A DNA stretch of 64,000 bases from Paragordius varius. Taxonomy: Eukaryota; Animalia; Nematomorpha. Below the pieces are notes generated by a model. It saw only the letters and a list, made by a program, of their open reading frames with translations. It was not told where the DNA came from and searched no databases. The stretch spans positions 3,286,001 through 3,350,000 of the forward strand of contig OZ176054.1 in the NCBI GenBank assembly GCA_964247055.1, given 5' to 3'. Below, one piece after another: positions 12,396 to 26,769 of this stretch (the first letter of the stretch is position 1; every line of letters begins with the position of its first letter). The position numbers and the translations under genes are program-made.

Positions 12396-14402
12396 TCAGT
12401 TGTGATTTGAATATTTTGTGTCTAATTTTAAACTGCTTAATAAAATCAATTGACGCTCACTTGGCAGTTTTAACCAGCCGCTAATATACAATACAGTATT
12501 TATTGCTTTTCTTTTTTATAAGTAATCGCTTACCGATTATGTTGGTGATTTCTGCCCAAAAACAATTCGGTCGCTATAGCGTTAATACTTTTGAACAATT
12601 AATAAAAATTTGTTACAATAGCAATATTTAGTTATTTCTATATATATTACTATTCAACGATTGTAAGTCATAAACCATTTATAACCATTAAAAACAATAA
12701 AAATCATAGGAATTAAAAACTGTAACCTCGCTCACAACGTTCCCCATAAAAGCCATCCAGACAATTACACCGCCCATCAATACAAGAATTAATCGCATAA
12801 GCATTTACGCAATCAGATCTGCAAACTGTATATATTATTATAAATATAATTGCAATATAAAATGCTTATTTATAGATTTTTTAAACTTTATACCATTTTG
12901 ACATCTAGGACCATCGAATCCATTTTTGCAGACGCACGTGCCCTGTTTAGTACAATATATTGTATTGTCCGGGTCGCAATCGCATTCTAAACATAAATGT
13001 TGATAATTGAATAACAAATTTAATTTTATTTTATTGTAATTAAAGTCAAGTAGGTAAGCTAATCAAAATTTTTGCATACCCACATCACAAGTAGCATTTG
13101 ATTTAAGTCCTTTACATCTACATTGTCCAGTTGCATAATCACAAAATTGATTGCTCTTGCATGGCGTAGTTAAATCATCTAAAAGTTGAATAGAGTATAT
13201 ATATTTTTATGATTTGACATAAATTTAAAAACGCCCATCTCTTATGGATTCCGTGCCGGAAGAACTGATCTTATACGGACCAGCCTTCAAGCCATTTTCT
13301 AATATCTTGAAGTGCTGCTGTGCGAAGGTATGTTCATTGATGGGAAGTTGCATTGGTTAGATGCTGATAGGTCAAAGAGTTCAGCAAATGGAAAAGATAT
13401 TGTTTGCATAGAAACGATTTCAAAGTGTCTTTCACTGGTTTTGCTCTGTAGACCTAGCATTAACATGTGGCAAGATCGCCATGCCATGTCTTTTTACGAA
13501 TCTCGGTCCGTGTTTTGTCTGATTTAAATATCATATGTTGGTGTTTTAACGGTTGGTCTCACTCGACACAGAGCACGCCCCCTTGCCGAATCGATTTGGT
13601 GTAGCAGACCGGCTTAGCAAAATAAAAGCCACAATATCCCGCTTTTAATTAAATAATAAAGCCATTTCTTATCATCCGTCCCAATTCAATGCAAAATTAG
13701 CTTCTGTGATGTTGAAGCACAAATTCCCAACATTGCGGTTTTTGATTCGACGTTCATTTTACTTGTGTGAGACCCATAAGAATAAAGTTTATTAATTTTT
13801 CCAGTACACGTGAACGTCTGATTGTATGTGATTCAGGAAATGCTTCTGCCAATCTTTATTAAGTTGGAGTTGTTTACAAACTCTTGCATTAAGTTGACAG
13901 CTGTGTGGTCTCTACCAGATTGTCTATACCATTTCATATAAAATCGCAACTTTTTTAATTTGGAAACCTGTTTCACATGTGTAATCGATAGAGCATGTTC
14001 ACCATACGTTTCTACCTGCAAACGATAACTGACCACCCTTTTTTCCGATGGTAATACATGCGGAAAATTTTCTTTTTCTGGCACAAAATTTGAATTTTAA
14101 ATGACAAAAATTGGACATTAGTTTTTGGCGATCTCATCTTGTGTGTTTTTGTTCAAGGTAAGATGAAAAAAATGTAGTCTGTATCATATATATTAATCGT
14201 CTAAGTACTTAAGTTAAATCGGTAATAACATGTGACTACACTGTTAAAAATTGTTTATCACTCAATTTGGGGTCGGCAACCTGTGGCTCTTAACTTTTGA
14301 ACGGCTCACAAACGCGTTATTTAGCAATAATCATCAAACTCAGATCTTCTATTTTTGCAAACATTCGTTTGTCCTTTCATATCGAGAAGCAATTTTGAAG
14401 GC

Positions 14403-14437
<35 letters not shown>

Positions 14438-17150
14438 ATATATACATATATTTGACATATTCATGCAAAAACAATTTAATGAAAAAAAATATTTTCAGGT
14501 CTTTTTATTAACGACGGCGGCGCATTACTTTAAAAACTTTTAATTTTCTGATATAAGATACTGAAAATGTATAAAGTTTGGGAGACATAAAATTTTATAT
14601 CTAATATGCTAGCCAGTCTATACTATTTTATATTTATATATTTGTTTAGTTACTTATTTATAATACCTGTAGCTCTGATGCATCTCAATAAGCCATTTGG
14701 GTGACAAGCCATTGCCTGATCTTCAACGATGGAACAATCTAAAACAAAATATTTTTTTTGAAAAATCTGAATTTATAGACGCAGAGATCACGTTGTAATA
14801 CTCAGGTAAGAAGCACCTAATATCAATTTAATAATTTTAAATCCCCTTAATTAATTTAAAACGGTGGTCATAACAGCTCATGCGCTTCTCTATGCCGCCA
14901 TTGCATATATTATTTATTTTTTAAAAATTTTTTAATCGAAATAATTATTTGCACTGCAATTAACAAAGATCATTTTAAAATATTTTATAGTCGGAAAAAG
15001 CATCCTAACTTTTTTATGATTTAGCATGTTTAAAATATTTATTTAAAAACAAAGAATAATAACCGATATAAATTATTGACCTGATGTTTACCATCATTAA
15101 AAATATCCTCGAAATTTTTTATTTGGTTTATATATAAACATGTTTACTAAAAATAGTTTGAGATTTAATTTTCATGGTTATATATCTATATATATTTATT
15201 ATAAATTGGAATATTTTTATAGATTATCAAATGAACTCATAAGAAAGGTTGATATTCCTTAAAAAACAAAATATTTTAAATTTTTGTAAAAATAACTTTT
15301 AATATTTTTGGATGAATAAACGAAATTTTAGTATAAAATAATCCCCTAATCTTAATCATGGTTATTAAAATAAGGTTTAAAATAAAATAAGATGTTTCAA
15401 TCTTTTGGAAGTTTAATGGAAAAATCTTAAATTAAGTTTTACAGCAAGGCAATCTCAATATTAAAACATCAATCGATACGGGCTTCATGTATACCATTTT
15501 TCAAGCAACATTTTTTCAAGCAAATGCGATTATCATTGGTCTTAGCTTGAAAAATTTGGTTGGAAATTATTGATCTTAACTAAAAAATAGTATGTCCTAC
15601 CTTGACACAATAAACGTTTTTTTTTTTTATTTTCAACATTTATTCAAATCATATCATCATAGGAATTTAAATTTAAAACCCAAATCTATTATATATCAAA
15701 CTTTTCATTAATTTTTTAAGATTACGTGATATTGTACCGCAGAAAATAATTACTAGTGTAATAAATTTTTTGGACAAAAAGATTACATAATACTTTTATC
15801 ACAATGCATTCCGTATTTTCCACGAGGACATATACAATGCCCATATTTGTTGCAACCATTTGTACAATTAGTATTGCATCCTAAACACAATAAATATTCA
15901 GCAAGGTAGGAAATAGCTCCAGATAAGATTTAGTTGAAATTGCCAATTTATAATATTATAAGTTACAGTCATGAGTACACCCTTTTCCTATTCAACATTT
16001 ACACATGTAACCATTTTTTTTCAAGTTTGCTACATTCATATTTTCATTCACGTAATAAAAAATGTTGCATTCGAATGAATAAATAAAGTTTGAAATTAAA
16101 AAGTGTAGTGTAAAATTAAAAATTACATGTTATTAATAATAGTTTAATCATTACAATCAATTAAATAAGTTATCCCTTAACTTGTGTACACATTTATTAA
16201 TATATAAATTTAAATGCTCTTTTGAAGGAAATCGGGATTTTATGCTATAATAGCTAATGAATTGAGACATTTCTTTATTTTTAAAAATTGGCCAACTGAT
16301 TTATTCCGATAAGATTTTATATGTTTGTTATATACTTTTTCCGCAATTTACACCAAAATAGTGTTGATCACATTGACATTCCCCAAAGTAATTGCAAGAA
16401 AAGCCAACAGATCCCTTCATATCACAATCACATGGCTCTGAAAACAAAAAAATTTTTTTTGATAAAATACGAATTAGGGAAAAAAACATTCAGATTTTTA
16501 TTTCAATAAGGATTAAATTATATAATTGATAGGTAACTTGTGCAGTTAACTCCATAATATCCTGCCGGGCAATTGTTTCCATACAAAGAATGTTGCACTA
16601 AAAATAAAATATAAAATATTCTTAGTAATTTTTATCAAGTCTGTGGAGATTATTTATATTTCCCAAAATTCATAATCTATAAAAGGTCAATTAATTTTAT
16701 AAAATACAAATTTTAACCAAACATATATAAGTTTTTTGGAGGAAAGTTATCTTTTGCGATAAGATATATATATACTACTGTTAATGAAATATTGGAGTTA
16801 ACATGATATAGATAATTATAGACATTTCATGTTAAAAAAATGTAAAATCAAATTGAAACACCTATAAATAACAATATAATTTTACAAAATTAAATATGCG
16901 TAAAAATATATCATTAGTATTGATAAGGACAAGCTTCTGAGTCTCATAAAAGCTTGGTTTATTTTTGATATAATGTTAAAAAGGATTTTATTAATATAAA
17001 TATTTTTTGATATCTTAACATTAAATTTGGCGTTCGGGGTTGATTGATAAAATATTTTTATGTAGAAATTTGACATAATACACAGTTGAAATTTTATTAA
17101 ATAAAAAACTTACTATTTTCATTTAAAATGTCATCATTCTCATTGGTTTT
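12396..17150 (-). CDS. Multi-exon laminin-type EGF / EGF-like repeat protein (5' end unresolved, 3' end tentative)
   Basis: Phase-1 GT-AG exons 16597-16538 (CPAGYYGVNCT), 16437-16336 (PCDCDMKGSVGFSCNYFGECQCDQHYFGVNC), 15880-15794, 14738-14667, 13178-13080, 12986-12894 and 12825-12727 all keep frame and encode EGF cysteine spacing. Exons 17150-17114, 12573-12534 and 12480-12396 fit the phases but are tentative. Confidence 0.75.
13230..14100 (-). mobile_element. Highly decayed hAT-like transposase remnant inside an intron of the EGF gene
   Basis: Frame 13833-14084 contains ...SITHV...HTAVNL..., resembling the hAT core. Recognisable nucleotide homology to 56730-57900 (shared blocks ttgaagtgctgct, gaccggctta, aataaagccattt, ttggttttgc). 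Confidence 0.45.
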
Positions 17151-18034
17151 CTGGATAATATAGGCATATTTTGAATTGACTTCTAAAATAATTCATTAAT
17201 TAAATAAATATTAATACTGCTTTTGTCTCAATTTTGTATGAATGTTTTGATAAAATACTAATGTCAGACTCTGTGCCAAAGAACAAAGTATTAAATAGAA
17301 AAATTTTTCTAAACACGGTCAGTCTTGGTAGGCGAATGTTAAAATGCTCAGGAATAAAAATTAAATCGTGAATATAAAAATGGGAAAAAGCAATATTCCA
17401 ATCTATCTTACTTGCAACTTATGTAAAACGAACTAAAAAGCTAAATTTTCTTAGTTTTTCAATTTTTATTTCGTATTAAAAACAATTTTTCACCATGCAT
17501 CAGAATTATCAGCTCGCATCTGTTAAGTTTTAAGGGTAAAATTGTACATTTTTTAAGAAACTCTTCTCGGCCAAATTAATCCGGTTATATTGCGTTTTAG
17601 TCGAATGGCTCTAATTTTGGTTCGTTTTTCAAACAAATAAACTACAAAAATTTGTTATTAGATATCAGCTTTCAGACTCTAAGAGCCATTACAAAATACT
17701 TTTTTAAAAAACAAGGTTCATATGATATAAAAATTTTGTTTCTTTTTGAAATCGTTACACTTTGTTGATGTAATTTCACCCTTTCAAAAATTTAAATTCT
17801 ACCGGATTCCTGGTTAATCGAATAAATAAGGGGATCACATTTATGTTCGGTTGTTAGGAGAAGTGAACAAATTGTGATATAAATGACAAAATTAGCAAAT
17901 TTTTCCATCATTTGCGTTTCAACTTAAAGTTATTTCAAATCAAAAAATTGTTTAAAAATATGAAAAAATTTTTTAATGGTTATAATTATTTAAAATAAAA
18001 TATAGCTAGCTAGCTAGCTAGGTGTTAACATAGG

Positions 18035-18070
<36 letters not shown>

Positions 18071-21000
18071 CTACATTTTCCCGTTGTGAAAGGTCAAATT
18101 ACTTTACAGACACAACGAAAAGCCAGGTAGACTAATTTTTATAATATTTGAATTTATACAAAAATGTACTTTATTTTTTTAATAAAAATGGGTTTAAAAA
18201 CTAATTCCCAGGTTATATGGACTTCCCGGGCTCAAATTTTAACTTAGTTGAGTTCAAATTATACGGTCAAAAATAGGGTATAAATATTACCAACGAATAT
18301 CTCTGGTTGATATAGGAAGTATTAAAATATTGATTGTATAAATAGAACTAGCACTGAACTCAATATATACCAAAATTTTTTAACCTATACGAAAAAAACA
18401 TAATTATTTATATTATTTCTGTGTAAATTAAGAGGCCAGATTATAAAATACGGATATAAATCTAAAAATATCCTTAATTTTTTTAAATAAAATTTTGGTC
18501 AAAAAATTTAAATAAATTTTATCATTTTTGATGGTTAAAAAGCGAACCTAATTAGGGGTTTTATATGATATTTCCAATATATAATAACTGTAAAATAAAT
18601 AATAAAATTCTAAGCAAATTGGTTGTTATGATTAAAAGCCAATATTTTAATAAAAACAATTTAAAATTTTAGCTTGATGAAAGTTTTACGACACGCATTT
18701 ATCTATTAACATGATAATTGAATTTTTGGCACTTTTTGCATTACGGTTACTATTTTAGGTGGCGAATTAGGTCTAAATTAAGTGAATAACGAATTTTGAG
18801 AATATATTTATATATAATTTTGTTAAATAAAATATAATTATATATTCTTATAAAAATCTAATTATTTAAATCTTAACATTGCAAAAAGTCCGGCAATGCC
18901 TTACAGGTTCTATAAAGAAAAAAATGCAGTCATATAATATATACAAAAAATTGATTGAAATAATTAAATAAAATAATTTATTGGAAATCACTCAGGTACA
19001 TTTTACTAATGTTAGTGTTTAAAGATTAAGCTTATTACTAAAAGAATTTAATGGTGATTAAATTAATTATCAATTTATATTTTAATATATTTCCAACCCG
19101 TTATTTTTAATTTATGAACGAAATAAACTTATTATGTATTAGCATTTAAAAATAGTAAATATTTAATAGAATAATCAATTTTAAACCATAATATTTTTAC
19201 TTTTTTATCATTCAATTTATTGACCGATTTGCAATATGACCCATTTTTCAAAAAATACCGGTCGGCATAAATATTTGGAATCTAATGTTCACAAGCTGTG
19301 TGTGGGAAAAAATTCTCCCCAGTAACTTTTTTGCACACTACTGATAATTAGCGTAAAATAAAAATTTGACATTATTTTTATATATGGTCCACTTTAATCA
19401 TTTCGGACCAAGGGTTTATTTTAAAAAATAGTTTGAGGTGCATCCACAATCAATTATCCTGTAATAATTATTTTAGCGACGCGATTATTTTTACATAAGG
19501 TGGCCTAAACTCAGGGAATAATTTGTAAACATAATTGGCATTTGCAGTAGAGAATTTGAAATTAAAGACGCTACTTTGGGGCGAAATCCATAAAAATTTA
19601 TCAGAGCATAAAAATCTATCTGAAACTGTTAACTCTCTTTTATGCAGTGAGAAGCATTCTTAAATAGGTTGTGATACAATACTCGGAAGTATCTTAAAAT
19701 CTAACATCATTAACACTTAAATAACTAGCTGTGCCAGTGTCACGCGTCGCTGGGACTTGGTCGTATGATTTTAGTAAATGAATAATGTATTTTTTTCCAA
19801 TAAACGAAAAAATATTTAACACAGGCCGATTTTTTGTTTGGAGGCGTATTTAACCATAGAGTACGGTCTAAACGATGTGCTATTAAAAAAGCTCTTGCCA
19901 AAATTTGGAAAATATCAAAAATCATTAGTTAATCCATATAGTCTCATTATTCTGATTTGTTTCACAACGCTATCATTTTAGGGTGAAGGGCTTAGCAAAA
20001 AGGTGAAGCCCTAATCATGTGATTATTCAAAAAAGTTCCTGACCAATTTCAATAGGAAATATTGGGCTATGGCATATGCACTCCGGAAAATGCTTTCAAG
20101 CCACAAAATTTTAACATGAAATGGGGCTCAGAGCTTAATAGGCTCTCAACCACAATTTTGCCTTTATGCATGGCAGTTCACTATTATTAATTTTATAGAG
20201 TCTCACAGGTTTTTTAATAATTACTCGAAATCTACATTATTTTATATGGTGGAGCTTTTTCTCAGACTGTGAAGCCCTAGGCGGCTAAAAATGCGTTATT
20301 TGGAATAATTTAGGGCCCTTATGAAAGCCATACAAAAAATTGCCTCAGAGCCACATTTTTTTTATGGTGGCGTAATTTACAGAGGTATTTAATATAATAA
20401 ATCTTACCCAAAGGTTAATATAGTATCAGCGCTTGACTAACTTTTGCCTTTTACACGACCAAAAATTTGAATTTTCACATGACAAAAAATTTGATATTGG
20501 ATAGCCTTCTTGTTTTTCCGAAAACGTGCCTTAAAGTGAGGACTTTACATTAAATCGCATTTTACAGAGTGTGGGTCTCTACCCACGATTGAAAAACACT
20601 TAACTAAAATCTTAGGTGGAACCCAGCGGCCAATTAATAAAAAGCGTCCAACGAAAATTATGGCCGGTTTCCATATGGTCTCTGTTTTTGAAAGCGTGCA
20701 TCAATTATTTCTACATGGTGGTGCATTTTACAGAATGTGCTTGCTTACGTCTATTTACTAAAAAGAGCTGGACAAATTTTGTCTTAAAAATTGGAAATTT
20801 CAATATTTATTTCCTATTTCATGGTTTTTTGATATAATTGAAGCTAAATTATATTTTTATTATCGCGCTTTTTTGATCACAGAGCCCTACCCAGCGGCCA
20901 ATTAAAAATGCCCTCGACATAATTTTTTGACTTACGAGAAATACCCAAATTATTGTTGATTACATATAATAGCTTGGACAACGAACTTAAAAAATTCCCT

Positions 21001-21324
21001 TTTTTCCGACGAGGTGTCTCAAGACACTTTTGAAAAAACTCTTATGTTGACAAGGGCTGACCCCTGACCGAGAGGCTAAATCAAAAATTTTGCTCGATTA
21101 TAGACGGGGCATTCATAGAGGAATATCTTTTGGATTTAATCCGGCCCCACGTTTTCCTTATTTTAGTGTTTAAGCCAATTTGGCATATATACATAAGGTT
21201 AATTGATTTTTCATTTACAAAAAAATTAAATTGTTAAATCACATATACTATTATATAGCTATCCATTTATTTAGCAAGCTTAGTTTAATTTTTCAATTTA
21301 ATTTATTGTATGTCATCAGTAAAA

Positions 21325-23172
21325 CTAAACCCAGCTTTGAAACCATTTCACAATTTTTTCCTTGAGCACAACCGTGCCCATTTTGACTTTGAGCCAATAG
21401 TAACTGAAAGAATTTTTTTCTGTGCATTGATGAGAAGATTCCTCCAAGGATCGGTAAAGAGCACCAAACCTCTGGTCAAATTGTTCCAAATCGTATTGGG
21501 CTATTAGGAGTGGTTCACTTTTATGATCTTTGGCATATGATATTTTGATTTCATCGATTGCGGGGATCGGTGGTTGTGGTGTCTTGTTGACGTTAAGTTC
21601 TGATTGAGCGATTTTTTCAATATGAATATAAGCTCCATATCCTGGTCGACTTTCACACGGGTGATCTAAGATGGTTAGAAAAGCGCACAATGTATGATCA
21701 TGACAACCCATTCCTATAACTTTATCATCAAAATCATGTTCTGTCAGCAATTGCCGCAAACGTGTCAAAAATAGGCCCAATAAATCTTGTTGAAGTTCTG
21801 TGTTATTTTGGATGGCAAATTTGAACATATCATTCACCACTTTGTACAATGAATGTCTAATGCTCACATTTCTGGCCCATTGTGGAATCACGAGTGTTTT
21901 TGAAGCGATGAGATTGTCCAAATTAATTGTTTCGTAAGTCGCTTCCTTTGCATTATAATATTCGGCCAAATAGTTTTTGTGGACCCAAGATCTGCTATTA
22001 GCCCTGCTCTTACCCAATTCCGCTCTTTCAATCAATGATTCAAAACAGTGTACGAAATCGGTAAGATAATATAAATTGGCTAAATCATAAAGACTTTCGG
22101 CTGAAAAACTTTCACCCCTTACCCTTTTCCAGACGGTTTGGATAACATCATTATTCACATGCAGAACATTGGTAAAATTTGGGTTGGAAAGTAGGTTGCT
22201 AACAACATCCATCATAAAATTTTTACAGCTCACGGCCGGACTCAAGTATAAATGCGTAGTTTCATCTTTGGTTATAAATAATTCTTTGTGTTTGTCCGAT
22301 TTAATATAGTTCAAAAATGTTTTCCTGCCCCCCGTCATATTTAGGACACCAAAACTAAATGCCAGAGTTGATTGAATGCTTCGAGGCGATGGACTAGAGT
22401 AAAGGATAACATTGTTTTGTCCAATTTCACCCAAATGATGTCTAATGTGTTGACCTACACGGCGTAATTGATAAGCCCCATGATCTGTTAACTGACCCAA
22501 CCCGTTTGGAAAAATTTTCTGTATGGATGTTTCGTCAAAGTCGCCAAACTTATTTTCAAACGCTCGTTCTCCGTGTCTCAACAAAACTATGTTGGTTGCT
22601 ATCAAACATATTGTAAAAATTAAAAATTAATAAGTGTTTGATAAAAATAATGAAAAATCCAAGAAATAATATTAATTGTTTACATCTAAAAGTTTGTCTA
22701 ATAAGTTGAAATTGTTGATTTTGGATTTGAATAACTTATTTTTATAAATAACTTATAGTTTGATATAACACTGTAAAAGAAGTTTAATTTTTTGACTGAA
22801 TTTTTTTTCATGACATAGCTTAAGACCAGCGAATTTATTTGCCGTAATAATTTTTATTTGTTGCTGAACGACCTAGTTTTTAAAATATGGAGAGGAAATT
22901 AAAATTGGGCAAAAAGTGAAAATTACGGATAATTTAAAAATAATAATAAAACTTGATGTATTATGGTTTATTATTATTATATCAGATATTTACAATTTAT
23001 GAATAGCTCACATATAGTTAAGGCTTTTATAAAAATTCGATCGAAAAATTTGCTTTTTTCTTTTGACAAACTAAAAAGACAAAATTGTTTTATGAAACTA
23101 TAATAAAATTATTTTTAAATATTTACTAGCTAAACTCTTTACTTAAATCTAACCATTCCTATTTTATTCATT

Positions 23173-23241
<69 letters not shown>

Positions 23242-24219
23242 AAATAAAACTAAAAAATATGTTTTTTATTTGTCATCTAGTTTATGAGTATATGAAAAAT
23301 TTGCTTTATTTTGAAATCTCAATGATCGAAATTATAAGTTATATAAATTCAAAAAAGGAATTATAAGTTGTAAAATATCAACCAACAATCCGTATAAATC
23401 CCTTTAGGTTTGTTTCAAATATATTGGGTTCTGTACGGCTTTTGGTAGATATTCCATTACTTGTAAATTAGATTTTGTATTAATTTATATACTTTATAAT
23501 TCCCGCTCATGCAAGATTTCAAAATAAAGCATAAATTTTTTTGACTAATAAACCGGATGATAAAAATAAAAATTATGTTTTTTATTTTTATATTGATAAA
23601 GTTTTACTGAATAAAATATGAATGTTAAGATTTAAATATTGAGTTCTAGTAAATGATTAAAACAAACATTTTGATATAGTTTTATAAAAAAAAATTGTCT
23701 TTTAAGTAGGCTAAAAACGCCATTTTTTCAACTGAGATTTTATACAAATCCCAACTATATGATTATAGGCTATTTATATATTATAAATATTTCCTAAAAT
23801 GTTGATAAACCATAATACATCAAGTTTTATTATTTTTTTTTAATTATCCCAAATTATCCTCAATTTTCACTTTATGCCCAATTTTAATTTTTTCTCTAAA
23901 TTTCAAAAACTAGGCAAACAAATTCGCTGGTCATAAGTCTCATGAAAAAAGATTTTTTGTTAAACATTTTGCCCACATTATAATATCAAATATACTTCTA
24001 AGTTAAATGGCTATTTAAGCTAAATCGATACTTTACTTATTTTTTATTAAAAGTTGTTTTAACTAATATAAATTAAAGATTTTATATTTTGATTCTAGAT
24101 TTAAGTTGGGGAATTCCTATGTTTTTTCAAAATGTTATTACCAATATAATACCTTCAACATGAATATTGTGAATCCAATTGACAATTATCAGAAATATTA
24201 TTACAGGGGATTTTATCAT
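21325..24219 (-). CDS. Secreted histidine acid phosphatase (branch 2), paralog A
   Basis: Exon 1 24219-24153 (67 nt, MIKSPVIIFLIIVNWIHNIHVE, signal-peptide-like) splices in phase 1 to exon 2 22598-21325. Motifs RHGER, GQLT..G, SSxxxR and HD (CHDHTL) are intact. Confidence 0.88.
22769..23980. mobile_element. Foldback/MITE with long inverted arms in the intron of phosphatase A
   Basis: CACTGT left end. tttcatgacatagcttaagaccagcgaatt (~22806) is mirrored by aattcgctggtcataagtctcatgaaa (~23921). The arms stay complementary towards a centre near 23410. (TA)n tract at ~23176-23239. Confidence 0.7.
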
Positions 24220-25688
24220 TTTATATTAAAAATGCCAATGTTAACCAATGTCGCAAAAATGAAATCAATGATAATTTTATATAATTACCGACCTTTTATA
24301 AAGGATATGTGGCCCAAATAATTTTTAAATGTAAATATTTGAACAATAATTTTTGGCTTAATTCCATCATCCCAAAATATTAGGACGCACATTTTAGCGA
24401 GCGTATTGACATATTACTTATTGTTGGCTCTGTAGATAACTTTTTTTATCGTAATATTTATAGAGTAAATTATTTTGTTTATTTAAGACAAGCTATGATT
24501 TTTATGTCAAATTTTTGGCTATACAACATAACAATGCTTAAATAAATATTTGGGTAACCTTGATAACCTTGCAAGGTTGCGAACATTTGTGTAAAATAAT
24601 CCAAATATAGGATATAGATATATTTTTATAACAACGGATTGAGTTTTTGACAACTTTTTTATATAATCATTTATAGTACCTATTACACATACTTATTTGA
24701 CAATCTGACATTTATGATTATATTAACATTTGGTCATATTATGCCTCACAGGTAGAAAGAAAAGTGAAAAAACCCCACCATAGATGAGGTGATAGAACAT
24801 TAACTAAGATGACATTAATAAAAGGTGTGAATATAGAGTTAAAAGCAGGAAGAAATAATCAACAGCCAAAAAGTCGATTTTGACTTAGGTATAACCAACA
24901 ATATTTGAAAATGGTGTTTTTTTATTAGAAATGGAAAACAAATGATAAACCCTAAAAGTAAATGTTTATTTTTTATTCTGACTGTAAGCCATCAATTTTA
25001 GATGACCTTAGGATATAAATAAATATTACTTTGGTCTTTAGAGTATACAAATGTTTAATCATTTTTATCATAAGTTTACCCTTGAATTCGAATGTTTTGA
25101 TCGAAGAGGGTTTTTATAGTTTATAAATATTTTGAAACTATATACGTACTATAATGAAAATACCCCTTCAGTTAAACGCCCTTGACCTTGATTGCATCAT
25201 TTATAAATTTTGGATGTATTAAATTTATTTATAATTTTGTCTTTAAATAAAGAGGCCACGTAATTTTATTCTAACCTATGGGTCCCTAAAAATTATTTAT
25301 TGGAAAAATTAAATAATTTTTATTAAAATTTATAAACCAGAACAGGAAATTCGTTATAATCAGGGCTTTAAACTCTATTTCGGCTATAAAATTTTAAAAA
25401 CTACCTTGGGGTGTTTTTTAAATTTTTAAGAACCAAGCCGATCCTAAATTTTTTCTTGATGAAGATAAAATGTTTTTAAACGCTAAAAAAATCAGGAAAC
25501 AAAGGTCATTTTTCGGTATATACAATACATTGCTATATGCATGGTATAGTCCTGGGTCAATACCGATTAAACTAAGGAAAACATTTGTGAAAAGCAGTTG
25601 ATACAGACGCCATTTCGTTCATCTGACCTAAAATTAAACCATACAATTTGAGTGCACCAAAGTGGCTTTATTTTATCATTCAGTAATC

Positions 25689-26580
25689 ATGTCGAATTTA
25701 GTTCCCAAACATGAACATTTGTGGCAAGTATTGCTTTCTTATTTCATTACAAGAAAAAGGCTGTCAAATTCATCTTTTGCTGGCAGACACATATGGTGTA
25801 TATGTATCGACTACGTGCGAAACATGGTTTTAAAAAATTTAAAGTTGTGATTTCAATGTGAAAAAAAGTGCGCTTTAGTATACAACACAGTTACTAAGGC
25901 GCCGAAGTGCAAGATTTGTTGAATGATGGTCCAACTCAAACACAGCGACAATTAGCAGAACAATAACATGTATCACAATATGAATCAGTACCTGTCTACG
26001 AGCAATGCAAATGACCAATCAACTCGGTAAATACTCCATTTAAATGAACTCCAAATCAAAAATCGCATAAAAACTTGCTAAATTTCGCTTATGTTACGAA
26101 AGGAAATCATTGTGACATCGAATTGGGATGGGCATTAGAAGTGGTAACTAATCGCTTCGGCAGGAAACTCTCTCTGTGTGTGTTGAAACAGAGTGGTTTT
26201 GTATATTATTATAAACTTTTAAAACCCTGTGATTCGAAATGATAAATTTAACCATGATTAATCGAATAGCAACGGAAACAGACCCTTTTAACTGATTTTA
26301 CATGAGAATATGCGTCTAACACAGCAAAAACCAATTAAAGGCACCTATATCAGTGGGAAGAAATTCTTTCGCATCCGCTGAACTCTCTTGAGCTGGCGCC
26401 ATTTGATCAATAAATATTTGCATCAATGGGTCACATTCTCCCAAAGTAGCCCTTTAATAATTTCGAAGACGTTGAAAAATGGCTCGGCTCACTGATTAAT
26501 TTTTCTAGAACGGCATTCATATACACCTGAGATGGGCGAGATGTGCAAAACTGATGGAAAATATTTGGAATAAAATAAAT
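25689..26580 (+). mobile_element. Decayed mariner (Mos1-like) transposase
   Basis: MSNLVPKHEHLWQVLL resembles the Mos1 N-terminus. TQTQRQLAE and WEEILSHPLNSLELAPFD resemble WEVLPH..YSPDLAPSD. Many stops and frameshifts. Confidence 0.8.
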
Positions 26581-26690
26581 AATTAATTTCCTTCTAATTA
26601 CATTTAAAAGAAAAAACAGGTAAAAACATGGGATTACACCTGGTTAAAACGTTTTTTGAATTTATAATAAAAACATTTTGGGAAATTAAA

Positions 26691-26697
<7 letters not shown>

Positions 26698-26767
<70 letters not shown>
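26698..26767. repeat. (TA)n microsatellite
   Basis: About 70 bp of perfect TA repeat. Similar tracts near 984, 11432, 14403, 18039, 23176, 31689, 32329 and 35310. Confidence 0.95.

Positions 26768-26769
<2 letters not shown>

Noticed and set aside
15960-16060. Cys-rich stretch (GYMCKC*IGKGCTHDC) in an EGF-gene intron, suggesting TGA recoding or an extra exon
   Set aside because: No clean splice sites or consistent frame. TGA, TAA and TAG all terminate well-supported genes in this window, so there is no support for a variant code.
19720-21140. Possible Helitron or hAT ends and repeated gccct/cccagcggccaatt motifs
   Set aside because: Probably repeat-derived, but I could not define matching termini or a TSD, so it is not called as a feature.
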